From: an uncultured archaeon | GTDB taxonomy: Archaea; Thermoproteota; Bathyarchaeia; Bathyarchaeales; Bathycorpusculaceae | Direction: 5' to 3' | Assembly (NCBI GenBank): GCA_963782915.1 | Contig: CAWALK010000012.1 | Coordinates: forward strand, 160,001-224,000 | Length of the DNA: 64,000 nt | Shown here: piece by piece, positions 59,878 to 64,000 of the stretch | How the letters are laid out: each line of letters starts with the position of its first letter | Position numbering within the stretch: the stretch's first letter is position 1 | The notes under the pieces: generated by a model | The model's database searches: none | What the model was told of the DNA's origin: nothing | Seen by the model: only the letters and a program-made list of their open reading frames with translations | Made by a program: the position numbers and the translations under genes

Positions 59878-60618
59878 TCAGACAGGGTATTTGGCATATA
59901 GCCTATAGATGCTTTTAGTATTTTCAAGTGCTTTATGTCTTAGCGAAAGCAGAGATAGGCCCAGTAACAGGAAAATAGCGCCTAAACCCATTACGCCCAC
60001 AATAGCCAAGACAGAAACCAACCATATTGTATTAAAATAGCTTGGCAGTGAGTTTTCTGTGTCAATAACCGATGATCTCAAATCTCCAAGTGTACTATTC
60101 ACATTATCCAGCTGGACAGTTATACCGTTTATTCTGTTGGGTACATCAGCGGCTTGTTGTCGAATGGAGTTTATGCTTGTGGATACGCTTTGAAGTTTGG
60201 ATGCTGCATCAGTTATTGGTTGACCTATCGAGGATATGGTGGTTCCGACTGAACCAAAAGGGCTAACTCCAGCGATGGAGATGCTGCCTAATGTTTGCCC
60301 AGCGCCAGTCACTGTTGAGCCGATGGAGGTCAGGTTGGTTGCGATGTTGCCGGTTAATTCGCCGCTGCTCGATAATGCTGGTATACTGATGTTTGTGGCG
60401 TCGCTTAGGTATAGTAGGGTGACTTGGGTTGAGTTTATGGCGTTTTGCGCACTTAGTAGAGCATTATCTGCTTTGGTGAGATAAGCTGAGGCGGTGGATT
60501 GTATGTTGTTTAGGGTGTTGTTTATGATTGGGAGGGCGATGCCTGCGCCGATTATGATGCCTATCCCTAGAATGATGCATATTATGCCAGTAAAAAAGGG
60601 TATTTTCATGTCAGTCAT
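59878..60618 (-). CDS. membrane protein with extracellular helical/coiled-coil domain
   Basis: two TM segments flanking an S/T/N-rich heptad-like region. Confidence 0.7.
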   Translation of the reverse strand: MTDMKIPFFTGIICIILGIGIIIGAGIALPIINNTLNNIQSTASAYLTKADNALLSAQNAINSTQVTLLYLSDATNISIPALSSSGELTGNIATNLTSIGSTVTGAGQTLGSISIAGVSPFGSVGTTISSIGQPITDAASKLQSVSTSINSIRQQAADVPNRINGITVQLDNVNSTLGDLRSSVIDTENSLPSYFNTIWLVSVLAIVGVMGLGAIFLLLGLSLLSLRHKALENTKSIYRLYAKYPV

Positions 60619-60908
60619 AAAAAATGCCTTTCCTTGAAAAACAGAAAACCGAAAGCACTATGCTAAATCAGTGTGTGAATTTTAAGGTTTGTTTGCCTGA
60701 GTGAAGCTCAAAACCTATCTTCTTTATCGCTCAAAGACGTCGCGTGATCTCCAGCCGAGCCTTTTTTGTATCTATAAATGTGGAGGAGATAGATTGCCCT
60801 ATCAGCAGACTCTTAATTCCTTGGCGCTTTGAAGGCATAAAGCACATACAGCCTGCACATAAGCCTTATATTTTCAAAGTTAACCTTCTCTGACTGAAGG
60901 CTCAAAGC

Positions 60909-61979
60909 ATGCACAAAAAACTCTTGATTCCGGGTCCAACAGAAGTAAGTAAAGAAATACTAAATGAACAAACCCAGTACCTAATTGGCCATAGAGAAAA
61001 AGAGTTCTCCGACCTATACGGCGGAATCACAGGTAAAATCGCAAAATATTTCCAATTAACAGCCGATTACAAACCAACAGTCACCACTGGTTCAGGAACA
61101 TTGTGGTTTGACATAATCGGCAGAAGCATAGTAAAAGAAAAAGCGCTTGCATGCGTCAATGGAGCATTCTCCAAACGCTGTGCACAAACCCTCGCTTCAT
61201 GCGGCAAACAAACCGATGTCTTCGAGGTTGAAATGGGCAAAGCAATCAAACCAGATATGGTTGCAGAAAAACTTGCCACAGGCAAATACGACACCCTAAC
61301 CGTTTGCCACAACGAAACCTCTTCAGGTGTCCGAAGCCCAATCGCTGAAATCGGTAAAATGGTCAAAAAAGAATACCCCGACATCATCTTCGCCGTAGAT
61401 GCGGTCTCCTCAATGGCAGGCGACAAAACATTACCCTCAGAATTCAACTGCGACATCGTCTTTGGCAGCACCCAAAAATGCTTCGCACTGCCACCTGGAT
61501 TAGCAGTTGCACTTGTTAGCGACCGAGCAATCCAACGTGCCACCCAAGTGCCCAACAGAGGCGCATACACCGACCTAGTCGACATCTTCGAATTCGAAAA
61601 GAAACATCAAACACCCTTCACACCAAACGTCTCATTACTCTATGCACTAAACAAACGCATGGACCTATTGCTCGAGGAAACCTACGATAAAGTCTACCAA
61701 CGCCACCAAGACATGGCAACCTACACCCAGAACTGGGCAAAGAAACACTTCAGCATGTTCCCAGAACCAGGCTACGAATCCATCACTGTGAGCTGCATAA
61801 ACAGCAACGGCAAAGACGTCAAAGCATTAAACCAGAAACTCGCAGAAAAAGGCTACATGATCTCTGGCGGCTACGGAAAATTAGCTGACAAAACCTTCCG
61901 CATCGGCCACATGGGCGAATGGAACCTCGATGGCATCAAAGACGTAATCGCTCAAATCGACTCTATTTGGGGATTGTAG
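60909..61979 (+). CDS. class V PLP aminotransferase (probable phosphoserine aminotransferase)
   Basis: IPGPT, HR, HNETS.G, VDAVSS, STQKC..LPPG, FRIGHMG; adjacent to serA. Confidence 0.9.
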   Translation: MHKKLLIPGPTEVSKEILNEQTQYLIGHREKEFSDLYGGITGKIAKYFQLTADYKPTVTTGSGTLWFDIIGRSIVKEKALACVNGAFSKRCAQTLASCGKQTDVFEVEMGKAIKPDMVAEKLATGKYDTLTVCHNETSSGVRSPIAEIGKMVKKEYPDIIFAVDAVSSMAGDKTLPSEFNCDIVFGSTQKCFALPPGLAVALVSDRAIQRATQVPNRGAYTDLVDIFEFEKKHQTPFTPNVSLLYALNKRMDLLLEETYDKVYQRHQDMATYTQNWAKKHFSMFPEPGYESITVSCINSNGKDVKALNQKLAEKGYMISGGYGKLADKTFRIGHMGEWNLDGIKDVIAQIDSIWGL

Positions 61980-62881
61980 TGACCATTAAAATCCTTGTTA
62001 GCGACAAAATCGCTGACGAAGGCATCAAAACCCTCCAAGAAGAAGGCTATGAGGTAACTCGGGGATGGGATATTCCCAAACCTGACCTCCCCAAAATCAT
62101 CGGCGAATACGACGTTTTAATTGTACGCAGCGCAACCAAAGTTAAAGGAGAACTTTTAGACAACGCCAAAAAACTCCGTGTAATCGGCAGAGCAGGCGAA
62201 GGTTTAGATAACGTTGACTATGAACGCGCCAAACAAATGGGTATAACATTGGTTAATACGCCGCATGTTTCCTACATCAGCGTCTCCGAACTCACCATCG
62301 GCCACATGTTAGCACTCGCCCGAAACATCGTACAAAGCACTTTAACTTTGCGTGATGGGAAATGGGAAAAAGAAAAACTCATGGGCATTGAACTTAACGG
62401 TAAAACTTTGGGGGTAATCGGCTGCGGTTACATCGGCAAAGACGTCGAACGCTTAGCATTGGCGTTGGGTATGAAAGTGATTGTAGTCGAAGAATGCGTC
62501 TACGACCGATTTGTACCCTTAACCGATATGTTGCCTCAAGCAGACTTCATAACAATCCATGTACCATTAACACCGAAAACCCGCCACCTGCTTTCCACCA
62601 AAGAATTTGACTTAATGAAGAAAGGCGTACGTATCATCGACTGCTCACGTGGCGGCGTAATCGACCAAGAAGCCCTCTACCAAGCACTCATCAGCGGCAA
62701 AGTTGCAGGCGCAGCCTTGGATGTCTTCGAAGAGGAACCACCCAAAAACAACAAACTCCTCACGCTACCAAACGTGATTGCTACGCCACATATGGGTGCC
62801 CAAACATTTGAAGCGCAACATCGGGCAAGCATACAAATAGCCAATAACGTTATAGATGCGCTTGAAAAACTGAAACTGTGA
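61979..62881 (+). CDS. serA: D-3-phosphoglycerate dehydrogenase (no ACT domain)
   Basis: VRSATKV, GRAG.G.DNVD, G.G.IG, RGG, DVFE.EP, TPH.GA. Confidence 0.88.
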   Translation: MTIKILVSDKIADEGIKTLQEEGYEVTRGWDIPKPDLPKIIGEYDVLIVRSATKVKGELLDNAKKLRVIGRAGEGLDNVDYERAKQMGITLVNTPHVSYISVSELTIGHMLALARNIVQSTLTLRDGKWEKEKLMGIELNGKTLGVIGCGYIGKDVERLALALGMKVIVVEECVYDRFVPLTDMLPQADFITIHVPLTPKTRHLLSTKEFDLMKKGVRIIDCSRGGVIDQEALYQALISGKVAGAALDVFEEEPPKNNKLLTLPNVIATPHMGAQTFEAQHRASIQIANNVIDALEKLKL

Positions 62882-62892
62882 GTTGACACTGC

Positions 62893-64000
62893 TTGGTTGA
62901 CATTAGACCCTTCAAAGCCATAACTTACACGCCAAAAGCGGGCAAAACAGAAAACCTCATCACACAACCCTACGACAAAATCGACGTAGAAATGCAAAAA
63001 CAATACTACGCTTTGTCACCATACAATTTCTGCCGCCTCATTCTGCCCATGGAAGAAGACAAGTATAATGTGGCGAATCAACGCATTTCGCAGTGGCTAT
63101 CTGAAGGCGCTATGGCTAAAGAGAGTCAACCGGCATTCTTCATTTCCCGCCAAGAATTCAACTTAGAAGGCAAACGCATTGCCCGAACAGGCATAATTGC
63201 GGCAGTGGAGCTTCATCCATACAGCGATAACATAGTTTTTCCGCATGAAGCCACTTTCAAAGCGCCAAAAGCTGACAGATTAAACATGCTACGCACCGTC
63301 CAAAAAGACCTCGAACCAGTATTCCTCATGTACCAAGACCCTGAACAAAAAACCATCGCATACATGGCGGAAGTAGCTAAAACCAAGCCAATGATAGAAA
63401 CAACCGATTCATTGGGTGTTAAGCATACAGTTTGGAAAGTTTCTGATCCACAAAAAATCGCTGAATTAAAAGCGCTCATTGCCCCCAAAGTCGTAGTCAT
63501 CAACGATGGTCACCACCGATATGAAAGCGCAGTTGCCTACCGCGATGAAATGCGCAGCAAGGGCAACTGGACAGAAGATCAAGCCTTCAATTTTTACATG
63601 TGTTATATGGTTCCGGTTCAAGAACCGGGATTAGTGGTTTTACCAACCCATAGATTGCTAAAGAAGTACAAGTTAACACCCGATGTGGTTGATGGGTTAA
63701 AATGCTTCTTTGAAGTCTCAGATATCAAGCCCACGGTGGAAGCTATCGAAGCTTTCTTAGCCAGCCACGTTGGCGAACATGCATTCTGCGCCTATGACGG
63801 CGCTAAAGCATGCGGCTTAATTCTAAAACATGATCCCTCAGTCCTTCAATATGTATCTCAAACGGTGTCGAAAGAAACCAAAGTCTTCGACGTAGTCATC
63901 CTGCGAGATATCGTGTTTAAGCAGGTTTTAAAAACGGGCCAATTAACCATAGACGACACAATCCTCTATGAGCGCTGGGCAAAAGACGCCGTTGCAAAAG
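62893..64000 (+). CDS. DUF1015 family protein (partial, runs off the window)
   Basis: IRPFKA, PYD.I, PHE.T...K.DRL, DGHHRYE.A, LPTHR. Confidence 0.88.
   Translation, partial: MVDIRPFKAITYTPKAGKTENLITQPYDKIDVEMQKQYYALSPYNFCRLILPMEEDKYNVANQRISQWLSEGAMAKESQPAFFISRQEFNLEGKRIARTGIIAAVELHPYSDNIVFPHEATFKAPKADRLNMLRTVQKDLEPVFLMYQDPEQKTIAYMAEVAKTKPMIETTDSLGVKHTVWKVSDPQKIAELKALIAPKVVVINDGHHRYESAVAYRDEMRSKGNWTEDQAFNFYMCYMVPVQEPGLVVLPTHRLLKKYKLTPDVVDGLKCFFEVSDIKPTVEAIEAFLASHVGEHAFCAYDGAKACGLILKHDPSVLQYVSQTVSKETKVFDVVILRDIVFKQVLKTGQLTIDDTILYERWAKDAVAK

Noticed and set aside
60771-60790. TCTATAAATGTGGAGGAG as another family B copy
   Set aside because: The match is too short and degenerate to distinguish from an ordinary TATA-containing sequence.

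Overview
Archaeal chromosomal segment, most consistent with Bathyarchaeia (TACK). The evidence is PolB1, the exosome/proteasome and rps13-rpoN superoperons, AglB, CarS, and PQQ-propeller and PEF/PFPT-anchored surface proteins; the taxonomy is an inference. About 16 single-base frameshifts, some in core genes, suggest an under-polished long-read assembly. No rRNA, CRISPR, transposase or integrase was seen. The most notable non-routine signals are: (1) tRNA-Pro(TGG) followed by three degenerate copies of its own 3' half at 740-870 bp spacing, each delimiting a tiny integrase-less cargo unit, resembling a tRNA-anchored cassette array; (2) two families of dispersed intergenic repeats that join into one composite element at 5610-5810; (3) an OSTC/DC2 (OST3/OST6)-like protein near aglB-aglH; (4) several unannotated small zinc-finger and stress proteins; (5) apparent pseudo-enzymes (MoeA-like, PaaK-like partner, cupredoxin lacking Cu ligands); (6) clear operator palindromes and a 5'-UTR hairpin.
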